NCBI GenBank assembly: GCA_963693365.1
Contig: CAVNZM010000014.1
Location: 1,426,001 to 1,490,000 of the forward strand
Reading direction: 5' to 3'
From: Amoebidium appalachense
Taxonomy: Eukaryota > Protista > Ichthyosporea
DNA length: 64,000 nucleotides
The first letter of the stretch is position 1; each line of letters starts with the position of its first letter. This document shows positions 53,436 through 64,000 of the stretch, piece by piece. Made by a program: the position numbers and the translations under genes. The notes under the pieces are model-generated. The model saw only the letters and a list, made by a program, of their open reading frames with translations. It was not told the DNA's origin and did no database searches.

Positions 53436-54842
53436 ATGGAGCCGGAACCCCCCTTTTCGCCGGTCGCGGGGCTGAGTGCAACCTTCGCCCAAGCTCTTGT
53501 TTTTGGCCCCCTCGGCAAGCTCAAGGATGTCACCGTCGGCAAGTTCACCCAGTGGCGCGGCCAAGTTATGGACCCGCAGGATGAAATAGACCCGGAGTTT
53601 CTCGACGCTCTGCCCCCCAGTTTGATGGAGTGGCAAGACCCCATTGTGATGGATGAAGTGTTCTACGACGCCCCTGCGGCCAAGGCTTTTCAGGTTCCTG
53701 AAGTGTGTGCTGCGGCTGCGGCTATGATGGAGAAGCTTAAGATTCCTCAGCTCTCCAAGGCTGATAACGTGTTTGAATGGTAGTACCGTCTCATCGATCG
53801 CATCGCCAAGCTGTCCCCCGGCACTCCCCTGGCCCAGTGGCAAGTTATGATTCTGCAGAGTGTGAACCGGGCAAGTGGTGATCCTCGTGTGTTGGAGATG
53901 GCTACCGTGACCCTCCTTGACGACTACATGGATCCTGAAAACGACAACAAGACGGTGCCGGTTCGTGCCCTCGGCATTGACGGCGAGGTGCGCTCGGAGG
54001 ATTCTCTTCTTCACCTGGCCTCTCGGACACCACTGAAGACGACTCGCCCTATGCACAAGGGCAAGGGTGAGATTCTGCAGGTCGAAGTCGAATTGACGGC
54101 GTCTGAGTGGCTGCTGCGTTTCATCGAGAACTACTGGCTGACCAACATTCGGCGTGAATCATATGAGACACAGATCCGGGCCCTCCGTTGCACTCCCACG
54201 TCGGATGCCACGGCTGCCAGTATTGGTGGCCAAGTGACGGCACACACCAACACGTTTCGCCGTCTGCTGGAGTTAGCTGGTTTGAACACCGACGTCAGCG
54301 GTCAAATGCAACGTAGTTTATACAGGAATACGTTTGAGGCCGATGCGCAGTTGTGGGAAATAGCTCAGGCAAATAGCAAGCTTGATGAGGCTCAGTCGAA
54401 AATTATTAACAAGCTCGAGGGTCGTTTCGCTAGTCGGCAGGCGGCCAAGAAAGCGCAGGTCAATAGTGTTTCCACCCCAGGTAACAACGGTAGTGGTATT
54501 GGTGCTCCGGAGATTGCTGCCCTGCAGGCTCAGATAGCTAGCTTATCGGCTCAGGTGGCTGCCTTCCAGGCTGCCGGTGGTAAGGCCAAAAATGACCGTC
54601 AACCCCGTCGCCCGGCTCCCTATCAGAAAAACGGCAAGCACGGTAGCCAACAGGGTAGTGAGAGACCAGTCGTGCCTATTTCAGAACGAGTTTATTTCCA
54701 TTGTACTGGGATAGGGCATCAGAAACGGGATTGTCCCAACCGAAAATTGCCTAAGACCTTTCCCTCAGCCCCCGAAGGTATTAGGTGGAAAGATCATGCT
54801 CAGCAGGCGTCGGCTAAAATTTTGGCCGAGCGTCGGCGTTGA
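53436..54842 (+). pseudogene. Ty3/gypsy gag with one premature TAG (53781-53783)
   Basis: ORFs 53292-53783 and 53847-54842 are in the same frame, separated by one stop. Degenerate knuckle YFHCTGIGHQKRDC; lies directly upstream of PR-RT. Confidence 0.8.
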
Positions 54843-56976
54843 CGGGGCGCTGAGAGTGGGGTAGAGTATATTGCAGTTGAGGCTATGTGCAGTGATAGTG
54901 AAATGTCTGAAATCAACGTGTCTTGTTATACAGATACTGTTGAAGTAAATAAGACAATAAATCACTCACGGCCTGGTGCCGTAAAACAGTCATTTAAAAC
55001 TGCTGTGGTGCAATTTACCCCCTCTCTCGTTGAGAATCAGCATGAAGCTAAGTCTTCCCCCCGTTCCCCCCTTTCCTCCCCTTTCCCCACCCCCCCCCCC
55101 CCCCCCTTCCTCCCGTCCCCCCCCATTTCCCCTTCCCCCACCCCCTCCCCAACCCCCTCCCCCCTCCCCCCCTTCCAATATTTCTGTGTCGGTGATAGAG
55201 ACTAGTGTGGAAAGTAGTGAAGTGGAAATTTCTGTGTTACAGGAAGTGTTTGCATCTTTAATTCAGCCAGAAGCACGGTTATATGTTCCTGTGGTATTGG
55301 GTGATGTTCAAATTCATGATGCTCTTTTAGATGGTGGTGCAAACATTAATTGTGTGCATGAAAAAGTTATTTGTAATTTAATGAAGATGGGTGCACGTGT
55401 TACAATGTTTTCAAATAACTTAGTGAGTGGTGTGAAGACTGCCAATCCTGATGCATCGTTGAATGTGGTGGGCCGGGTCACTCTCCCATGTACCATTGGT
55501 TCCCACACATTATTTGTCACGTTTGCTGTTTGTGCAAACATGGGTCAGAGTATGATTTTAGGCCGTCCATTTTCAAAGGCACATGTTAAATTGTTAGATG
55601 AAGAATCTAATAAGTTGCATTTGAAGAAGGGTGGTAGTGTACGTTTGCACACGGGTACGGAGGGGTATCAAAGTACTGCACACACTGTCAGCGAAATTTG
55701 TGTACCTCCCCACAGTCGTGCATTCGTCCGTGTGAACTTAGACAAATTTGCTGTCGTGGCAGATATAGGTGTCTTTGTTCCGGCAGCTAGGTTACTTCCA
55801 TTTATGAGTCCTTCATATAGTAAAGTGGCGGCTGATAAAACAATCATGATCGAAGTAGAAAATCGAAATCTTGATTCAGAATTAGTAATACCTGCTGGCA
55901 CGCGATTGGGATATATCGAAGGGCAGCTGCCTTTCGATACAGTTGTTGCAGAAATAGTTATCCCCACCCCCGAGCTACCTTCAGATAAACCTAGTAATCC
56001 GGAAGCATGTGGCCAGCCCGAGACATCAACACCAACAGGAAGTCGCTCGCCTACGGTTGATGGTGTTTCAGTGTCTGCGGTTACCACGGTGTCTGGTCCT
56101 CAGTCCGATGCAGTAGGTGTCAATCCCTCATCCACAGAAAAAGGCCCTTCTAGTGATGATATTGGTAAAGCAGACGGAGTGTGTGCAGGTGAAGGTGCAA
56201 GTAGTAACTGTAACAGGGAGGGTGATTCCGGTGAAGTGAGTCTCCCCTGGGGTATGGTAGATCCAGGTTGGACGGATCAGCAACGTGCATTAATTCTTCC
56301 CATGTTAAATCGAGTCAAAAATGTATTTCTTAGGCATCCAAAAGATCACGGTTTTGTGAAGGGATATACAGTGGCAATTGATACAGGTGATGCCAGTCCT
56401 GTGGTGATGCCTCAGTATCGAATGGAGCAATCGAAATTAGAGTCAGGTAGGCAAATGATTAGTGAATTTCGAGAAATGCAGATTTTAGAGCCTAGTAAAA
56501 GTCAGTGGCGGTCACCGGTACTTTTAATTAAAAAACCAGACGGGTCCTACAGGATGTGCACAGACCTACGCGGCCTTAACTCTGTCACTAAAAAGGACCT
56601 CTTTCCCCTTCCCCGTATTGATGAATTACTTGATAGTTTTCATGGCTATAAGTGGTTCTGTGTCCTCGATTTGAAAAATGCATTTTTTCAGTGTCGGCTT
56701 AGGGAAGAGGATAAGGAGAAGACTGCTTTTGCATTCGATGGTGAGTTGTGGCAGTTTACTGTGATGCCCCAAGGTCTTGTGCATGCACCTGCAAATTTGT
56801 GTCGTATTATGCGCGATATCTTGCGTCCGTGTTTATCGTATACGGCGTGTTATATGGATGACGCATGTGTCAAAGGGAGAACGTTTGAAGAATTAGTTTC
56901 TAATTGTGAAAAAGTGTTCTCTGTGTTGGAAGCTGCTGGTATGAAAGTGAGTGGTAAAAAGACCATAGTGGGGGTG
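54843..56976 (+). mobile_element. Ty3/gypsy pol 5' part (aspartic protease + RT to just past YMDD)
   Basis: ALLDGGANINCV (protease), SQWRSPVLLIKKPDGSYRMCTDLRGLN, FPLPRIDELL, LDLKNAFFQ, FTVMPQGL, YMDD; cut at KKTIVGV. Confidence 0.93.
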
Positions 56977-57008
56977 TAGCTTGTAAAGTATCCTCACGGA
57001 CACTTCAG

Positions 57009-57350
57009 TGTAAAATGTATGTGTATGAGTGTAAACGGGGTTCACTCTGAACTGGATTTCAGAGGATCGATGCGTGCGTTTATATACGGATGGTCGACCC
57101 GGACAAGATTACTTGACCAATCACACAACTCCCTAGCCGACCAATCATATTACAGATTAGTACAGGGCTAGTAATTACTGTGTGTGACTACTTGGTCTCT
57201 TGCCGGTTCTAACACTCATATATAATCTTTACTGCTGCATGACTTATGACTTACACAGCCCCGAAATATACTCCAAATAAACAGGTACCAGTACTTTTCT
57301 GTTTGTGACTTTGGTTACCAGTTACCTTTCGGAGTGCTGTCTCTCTCACA
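57009..57350 (-). repeat. putative 5' LTR of the gypsy element
   Basis: Minus strand starts TGTGAGAG and ends TTTTACA, with two ATTGG boxes and TATATAAA (57086-57079). Its downstream leader ...TTACAAGCTACACC is the same 14-mer that precedes gag at 53367-53380. There is no second LTR in the window to confirm the boundaries. Confidence 0.55.
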
Positions 57351-58039
57351 TGTGTAACTGCAGGTTTACAACGACCACTCATTGCAGCTGGACTTTACCG
57401 GGATACCCTCGACATGACTGGTCGAATATGAGACTCCCCAATCACTCACAACCTGCTTGTTAGTTATTCGTTCTCTATGGCCGCAGCATTTACGTGTTCC
57501 AATCAACACAGAAGAGGCCATAAGTGTCCACTCACGCGAGTCTCACCGTAGTTCGTTTCCAAGTAACCGAACATATGTAATTGTATTCGATCTGATTCAT
57601 CCGATTGGAAAAGCAGATATCACATTTATGATTGGCTCATTCGTCAGCAAACGCCGACATCTGACTGGATGAGCCGGCACCGACGAAATGTAAACAAAGC
57701 AAATAGATCTGAATAGATCTGAATCGATCGATTGACACGAATGCTCGCCGCGGAGACATAACAGTGTGATACCGCAGAGCACACAAAAGTTTGGTATCTG
57801 GAAACACAGGGACCAGAAGGTTACGGCTAGGTGACTATGTGGTATGGCCCTGTAAAAACAACAACAACAAACACGACAATACCAAAATAATTGTGTATGA
57901 TTTTTGTTACAAAGCAAGTCAGAAAGGAACCTGTGTCCGACAAAACTGAGACGCATCCGTCAAAACTCTAAGTACGTTTGCTCTCTGGTTTTCTAATACT
58001 AATTACACCGGCAGGGGAAACTCACAAGCCACACTTACA

Positions 58040-58366
58040 CCTCTCTGTGGTCGAAGGTACGTCTTTGTTCGTTGACGTGCTGAAGCACGGCTTCCTCCCA
58101 CTCGAGTACAAGGCTGCCCCCATAAGCCGTAGGATCATTGGGCCATTTCAAAATATACCGGCTGAGTGTGGGTAGCGGTACGCGTCGCTCGCCATTCCAC
58201 GCCCATTGAAACACGATGTTTGTTGCAAAAGTAAGTAACGGGCCGTTTCCGTAGGAGGCCTGTTGGTAAGCGAACCAACAAAAGCCTTGCAGGTAGACAG
58301 CATTGTCAGGATCATAGACGCTAATCGGGATTTCCAAGTTCATGGTTACAATGGGACGCCTAACTC
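58040..58366 (-). CDS. probable exon of an unidentified protein gene
   Basis: Open frame GVRRPIVTMNLEIPISVYDPDNAVYLQGFCWF...RRTFDHRE bounded by a TTTAG acceptor and a GT(GTAAGT) donor; protein-like composition; family not recognised. Confidence 0.35.
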
Positions 58367-58488
58367 CTAAACGTTATCACGGTGGTTTCTTTTTAACAGC
58401 GGCACCTGCGCTTAGTAAGCGGCGACTCAGTGACACAATACGTATACGGACTGTTTGCCCTCCCTCCGCTTGCTGCCGGACCAGATAC

Positions 58489-61400
58489 ACATGCCGGAGG
58501 CAAGACTTCCCCCTCACTCCCGTCGTGGCTCCCCGAGGTGACCGAGACAAAGAGAAGCAGAAATGCAAGTCAGTGAGGAATTTTATTATTGATTTTAGCC
58601 CTAATAAATAATATCAGTATCTGATCAGAAACCCCCCAAAACCCCCGGATAAACCCCCTAAACTCCTGGCCAGAACACCGTGTGTGTGTGCACACGTGTG
58701 TGTGTGTGTGTGTGTATGTGTGTGTGTTTGTGTGTGTATGATAGGCTATTGAAGGAACAGCACTTCCAGCACACAATGGCCGAAAGAACCCCTTCATCTA
58801 TCCAAGGGTGGGAGGGAGGGAAGAGAAAGCAAGAGCAAACCGTAAGGCACCAACTAATCAGACTGAGGTCTCAGCTTCTGCCCCTTTACACAAGGTGCCA
58901 CCAAACCAAGAAAACACCCAAACAGCCTAATTATTACCTTATCACGTTGCTCCCTCCCCTTTTTTCTTTTCACAGTACACACTAGCTCTAAAAACAAGAA
59001 CTGAACGAACGACGCCCACAGCCAGCTCTACAAAGCTGGTGCGCGGCTCACTCACATTTTTAGAACAGTGGAAAAGCCACCAATCATATCACCTATCTAC
59101 TGATAACTACGGATCACTTCATAACTATACCTGATCTATATCCAATCACTAAAGATACATACGACTGAGCTTAACATTCTACCCGTTAGGGCCAATCAGC
59201 TTGCACCGCTATGTAGCCGTTACCGCCGACTGACCGAACACATGTCATCTCTCACCGCTGCCTCCTCCCGCTCGAGAACAACATGCCGGAGGCAAGACTT
59301 CCCCTCACTCCTGTCGTGGCTCCCCGAGGTGACCGAGACAAAGAGAAGCAGAAATGCAAGTCAGTGAGGAATTTTATTATTGATTTTAGCCCTAATAAAT
59401 AATATCAGTGCACCCACTGCCATGAGCTTCTGCAGCAAATGCAAGCACACTGGATCACGGATCACCACCATCTGATGATTGCCCGTTTTGGACCGTGGAA
59501 GAAGCAACACTGCACTGCCCGCTGGAGCATTGATTTCAATCAACCGTGGATCATTCGGAGGAATGAAGTCTGCCACCGTGCGCCGCGAGAGCTCCCCCGG
59601 CCGGGTGTAGGTTGCGAATGACATACACAGATAGAGTGCTACGTGCGGCATCTTGTATTCCCACAGAGCCGACACTGCCAAAATCATGTAGTCGTAGGGG
59701 AGTGGTCTGTGGTGATTGGTCGGGTTAGCATGGTCCCACCCCCTTAGGACCCTGGCCGACAGGACCAAGGAGTCCTTGCACTGGGGATAGAAATGGTGGA
59801 TGGCTGACAGCACCGTCTTGCAGTGGGCGAGCCCGCTGCGGGTCTCCCCCAACTCTTCGTACATGTCAGCTGCATAGCTCGCAAGCATGTTATCCACCTG
59901 CTCTACCGACTGGAAGGTGCTCACCCCATCTTCCACACACCACGCTACGAATTTGTTCAAGGCGTTGTCGTATTTCGCCACTGTGGGAGCCGTGACATTG
60001 AGATTGAGCATATGCGTGATTTTTGCAGAGGGGACGACGTCACGTGACGGCATGTCTGCTGGATTGTGGGCAGAAGGGACCCACACCCACGCCGGTCGAA
60101 GTGCGGCTGCACACACAAGTGCTGCCACCCGCCGGCACAGATGATTTAGCCGTCGTGAACTCGATCTACCCTTGGCCACCGCAAACAATAAAGATGTGTT
60201 GTCGATGAGATGAGCTACTCTGGTGCCGTGATTTTGTGGTGCTCGCGTGAAACGTCGTAGTGATAATAGCAGCGCGTGCCCCTCGAGGATGGTGATGTGA
60301 TCTTCGTGCCGCCACGGAGTAGATATCGGATGGTGCCACTGCAGACCGTCAACTACTTTCAGAAAAGAGTCGTCGGTCGTGGGGTGGTTCGTGCTGTCGT
60401 TACATTCATCGGCCGAAAGGGCGTTAATCACGAGCTCACCGGTGTTGTCCACAGGCCCCAAGAAGGAATAACCGGGTCTGGACACCGACTGTGCTAATGC
60501 CGTCAACGATTGCTCAGCCGTAACGGACGCAATAGAAACACCTGCTCCCTTGGTGGACGCATCTGATGCCAACAACCTCCCCCTGCCTCAGCTGGGCAGC
60601 TGCGGGAGGCGCAGGGGGGTACGAATCTGTGGAAGCTGGGCCTAGGCATCCTTGTTGCCATCGAACGGTCCATCCACACACACGCGCGCCACCGTGACAC
60701 CGGTGCACCCCCCGCACCTCCCCACAGGGGGAGGCCGTGTGTTCACACCGAGCTCGACTACCTAGTAGAGACCGTGCATTGACTCACAATGTCGTATATA
60801 AGAGAGTTCTGCTCGGGAAGAAGAGAGGCTCACTTGCCCATGTCAAGGAAAGCAGAGCACGTATTTGTAATGCTTGGAGTTCAGAAAGTTCACTGTGACT
60901 GTATAGGCAGAGAGACAGACAAAATTTACGTAGTTTTTCACTCTACAAGACTCCTCAGCGCTAGCGAGCTAATCAGCATACTGAAGGGAAAAGACAAATG
61001 TGAAAGTCGTATTAATATCTAGAGCGAAAAAAGGAACCTTGAAAATGAGGAGAACGAGCTGGTTATCGTTGAGTTGCCAGAATTCGTGTGACAATTGCAG
61101 AAATCAACAGAAAAAAGGACAGCTAGCTAAGGCAACTAGTTTGTGCGCTTTTACACTAGCACCACCAACTTAGTTCAACCAACTAACTCTACAAATCCCT
61201 TTTACCTCTGATGCCAGACACTCACACAAACGCTAAAACGAAAACCAAAGAGAAAGCATTGAAGAGCAAACCGTAAGGCACCAACTAATCAGACTGAGGT
61301 CTCAGCTTCTGCCCCTTTACACAAGGTGCCACCAAACCAAGAAAACACCCAAACAGCCTAATTATTACCTTATCACGTTGCTCCCTCCCCTTTTTTCTTT

Positions 61401-61598
61401 TCACCTACACACTAGCTCTAAAAACAAGAACTGAACGAACGACGCCCACAGCCAGCTCTACAAAGCTGGTGCGCGGCTCACTCACATTTTTAGAACAGTG
61501 GAAAAGCCACCAATCATATCACCTATCTACTGATAACTACGGATCACTTCATAACTATACCTGATCTAACCGCTGCCTCCTCCCGCTCGAGAACAACA
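58489..61598 (-). mobile_element. second YR retroelement (internally deleted), split direct repeats A1-ORF-B1-A2-spacer-B2
   Basis: A1 61262-61598 matches A2 58831-59283 (A1 lacks ~115 bp). B1 59281-59409 matches B2 58489-58618. ACA (+ strand) is present at both ends and at the internal A2/B1 junction. Confidence 0.9.
59410..60578 (-). pseudogene. DIRS-type RNase H fused in frame to the N-terminal two-thirds of a tyrosine recombinase
   Basis: RNase H: ASDASTKGAG, HITILEG, LIDNTS, KGRSSS, WVPSAHNPADMPSR. Then YR: YDNALNKFVAW, LRGW, FATYTRPGE (R), SKTG (K). HxxR/Y missing because the ORF runs into repeat B1; RT absent. Confidence 0.85.
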
Positions 61599-62124
61599 GA
61601 CAAGGGTGCGAACATCCAATCATAGGCGGGTAAAAATCATTGCAGCGCTCTTGGAGGGAGCAAAATTCACTGGCTCATGGCATTTTGTGACATCCCGCCG
61701 AACCAATCGGAGCCCGTTCCAAAAATCAAATAGGAGTATGTTTTGATTGGACCGGAGGGTGTACCGAAATTCAGTGATTGGCTGGACCGCTAGGCCTGAA
61801 ACCTTTTTTTTGTCTGGGATGACAACATACTAGCACGTGCACATATACTAATATAACAAATATATTACTATACAATACCTGATATGCCTACGAGCACATA
61901 TAATATCCAGGATATTATTTTCACACTCTCCCTTGCTCTAGGCACTATCACCCATTCACAGCACATACTCGGCATACCCACAGCCATGGACACAACTCTC
62001 CGTGCGTACTGCACCCGTTTCTACTCTAAGAAACTTCGTTTCACTCATACTCTCCCTGAACCTAACACGTGCTCACTGCACACAACAACTACGAGCAATG
62101 TACTACTCTAGGCCCACATGCCGC

Positions 62125-63018
62125 CTACAACGTGATAGCAAAAGGATCCATCTCGTTACCAGCAATAGCCCTAAATGCAGTAGCTTTGCGACCATCAGAC
62201 AGAGGACAATTCTTAACCAAATGCTGGTCCGACTGGCAACGATGGCACACCTTCTTCTTGCCCGAGTCCTGCCCCTCATACGGCAGACCAGTAGCATCGG
62301 CATAGCCCATGAGCACCTGCTCCTCTCTCATCAACCGCTCGACCACCTTGTCGATACTGCGGTCCACCTCGCCTGCCGTCTCCAACGCTGTCACCGCCAC
62401 ACGGAAACGTTTGGGCAGACTATCACAGAACACTGCTATCAGCAGCTCGGGATCTATCTCCTTGATCCCAGCGTCGTACAGCAATAACACGGCCGCGTTA
62501 AAACGCCCGTAATACTCGGCAATACTCTCGCCCTGCAACATTTGCATACGAAGAAGTTGGCGCCACAGCGTAGACTTACGCGAACCCGCACTCATCCGGT
62601 GAACTTGTCGGAGTTTCTTCCACATGTCGGCTGGATGGTCAAGCCCGTGAAGGTGTTGTAGTTGGTCGTCCGACACCGTCATGATGATCATAGCACGCGC
62701 AACATCACAACGATACTCATACCGGTCGCTCAGTTCGGCAGGATCCACGGTGTTAATCGTGGTAGTAGTCTCCGTCGCAGGCTGCCTCTGCTGACTACGA
62801 GTTTTCACACCTTCCTCTCCCTCGACGGTGGTTGGTGTCGACACCGCCCTGGCGCTCGGCGCCTTCTCAGTGCCATTCACAATCGACCACACCCCGTTCA
62901 CGGTGAAGGCTGCTTTCATACGAAACTCGTACGTCAAAAAACTGTCGGCCTTTTTCAGACGAACACCATCGATGCCAATGATCTTCGTACCCTTGGCACC
63001 CGTGTCACTCGACGCCAT
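62125..63018 (-). CDS. Ty1/copia-type gag (UBN2-like + CCHC knuckle), intact, no pol
   Basis: MASSDTG..., WSIVNG, ARAMIIMTVSD, DMWKKL, GESIAEY, SLPKRF, VVERLMREE, CHRCQSDQHLVKNC, then TAG; no protease/integrase/RT follows. Confidence 0.88.
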   Translation of the reverse strand: MASSDTGAKGTKIIGIDGVRLKKADSFLTYEFRMKAAFTVNGVWSIVNGTEKAPSARAVSTPTTVEGEEGVKTRSQQRQPATETTTTINTVDPAELSDRYEYRCDVARAMIIMTVSDDQLQHLHGLDHPADMWKKLRQVHRMSAGSRKSTLWRQLLRMQMLQGESIAEYYGRFNAAVLLLYDAGIKEIDPELLIAVFCDSLPKRFRVAVTALETAGEVDRSIDKVVERLMREEQVLMGYADATGLPYEGQDSGKKKVCHRCQSDQHLVKNCPLSDGRKATAFRAIAGNEMDPFAITL

Positions 63019-63039
63019 TCTCGAAGCGATGACACAACT

Positions 63040-63109
63040 CGGCACACACGGCCCACAAAACGGCAATTAAGCCCCGGCACACACGGCCCAGAAAACGGCA
63101 ATCAAGCCC
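63040..63109. repeat. 35-bp tandem repeat x2 in the copia leader
   Basis: CGGCACACACGGCCCACAAAACGGCAATTAAGCCC / CGGCACACACGGCCCAGAAAACGGCAATCAAGCCC. Confidence 0.85.
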
Positions 63110-63204
63110 GACCACTCTCGGCGGCCAACCGGACACAGCTCGGCGAAATAAACGGCGTACCCCACTACAACATCCGGTACCGAATGCTATTCGCGAATGC
63201 CAGA

Positions 63205-63386
63205 ATAATGTGGTACACACAGAAACTCTACCGAAACTGAAGTAACTGTATTTGGTGTGACCTCTGCTTATATACCCCGAGCCCCAGGCTCATACAACAA
63301 CCAATCAACTACAGGCACGTATGATTACCATGCATTCCATGCATAGCTACATACCACAGTTTACCACCGATTGTATTTCTCTGACA
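63205..63386 (-). promoter_or_regulatory. LTR-like promoter upstream of copia gag
   Basis: Minus strand starts TGTCAGAG and contains GATTGG (63306-63301) and TATATAAG (~63274-63267). Confidence 0.45.
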
Positions 63387-63443
63387 TTCGCTGATAAATA
63401 CCGTGCACGTTTCCAGCCGAACAGTTTTCCTCGGGTTTGAATC

Positions 63444-64000
63444 CTAATGTATTTTCGCATTCGGCGCTAACACGCACAAAAAACACCAAACAGAACAAAA
63501 ATGGAGTCGATTAAGAACATGCCGGGATACGTTTGGGCCACAGCTGCTGCCGCTGGCGCCTACTCTCTCAGCTGTTTTTACAGCATGTTCACCAAAAAGG
63601 TAAGTCTTGCAGCCTCCGCGTGTGTCGTCAAAACTGGTTTTTTTCAATTGGTTGATTTTCTTTAGGTCTTCATTATCTTCACCAATAATGCCTTCACTGC
63701 CCAGCTTTTTAAATCCTCAATGTTGCACGAGGCTTAATCACGTGTGGCACGAGGCGAAATCACGTGTCACTGTGCTTCACTGTGACTGTGAGTAGAGGTG
63801 CACGGATAGGCAAGAAAGCTGAATTGCTGCAAATTTGGAGCTCGAGGTAGAAAGCTTTGCTTGAGCGGGTGAAGAGTTCGTTTGAAGGCAAGCACTTCTT
63901 GATGCATATATGGCTCGTCGACCTCTTTGGCATCTAGTACTAACATACATGAAAAGAGGGAGGCCAAATCTTTGCCTTTTGTTTTTTCATGATCACCCAA
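63444..64000 (-). other. possible coding fragment(s), unidentified, running off the window edge
   Basis: Non-repetitive protein-like frames (...DEPYMHQEVLAFKRTLHPLKQSFLP...; ...EGIIGEDNEDLKKINQLKKTSFDD...) with disruptions. Confidence 0.25.

Noticed and set aside
57661-57690. CTGGATGAG...CGAAA hammerhead-like core
   Set aside because: Extra G in the core and no convincing flanking stems.

Overview
Eukaryotic genomic DNA, intron-rich, with introns full of poly-C/poly-G and (CA)n/(GT)n tracts. Gene content suggests a unicellular opisthokont/holozoan, which is inference only. Most ORFs in the supplied track are translations of these repeats. Real content, left to right: (1) a frameshifted, intronless RING-B-box-coiled-coil (TRIM-like) gene at ~2.8-3.3 kb and a 5'-truncated LINE relic at ~9.1-10.3 kb; (2) a ~27 kb RasGRP-like gene (REM + RasGEF/CDC25 + EF-hands + C1), hand-assembled from 32 phase-compatible exons, with Tc1/mariner-like and piggyBac-like MITEs in its introns; (3) a bacterial-type ROK fructokinase with spliceosomal introns; (4) a nested retroelement cluster at 48-63.4 kb. 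The cluster holds a Ty3/gypsy element whose gag-PR-RT part is inverted relative to its own LTR and RNase H, two unrelated tyrosine-recombinase (YR) retroelements, and a gag-only copia-like unit. Both YR elements have split direct repeats (A1-ORFs-B1A2-spacer-B2) and readable 3-bp crossover cores (AGA; ACA/TGT). One is a young RT-less gag+YR element whose YR is probably expressed by splicing; the other encodes an in-frame RNase H-YR fusion.
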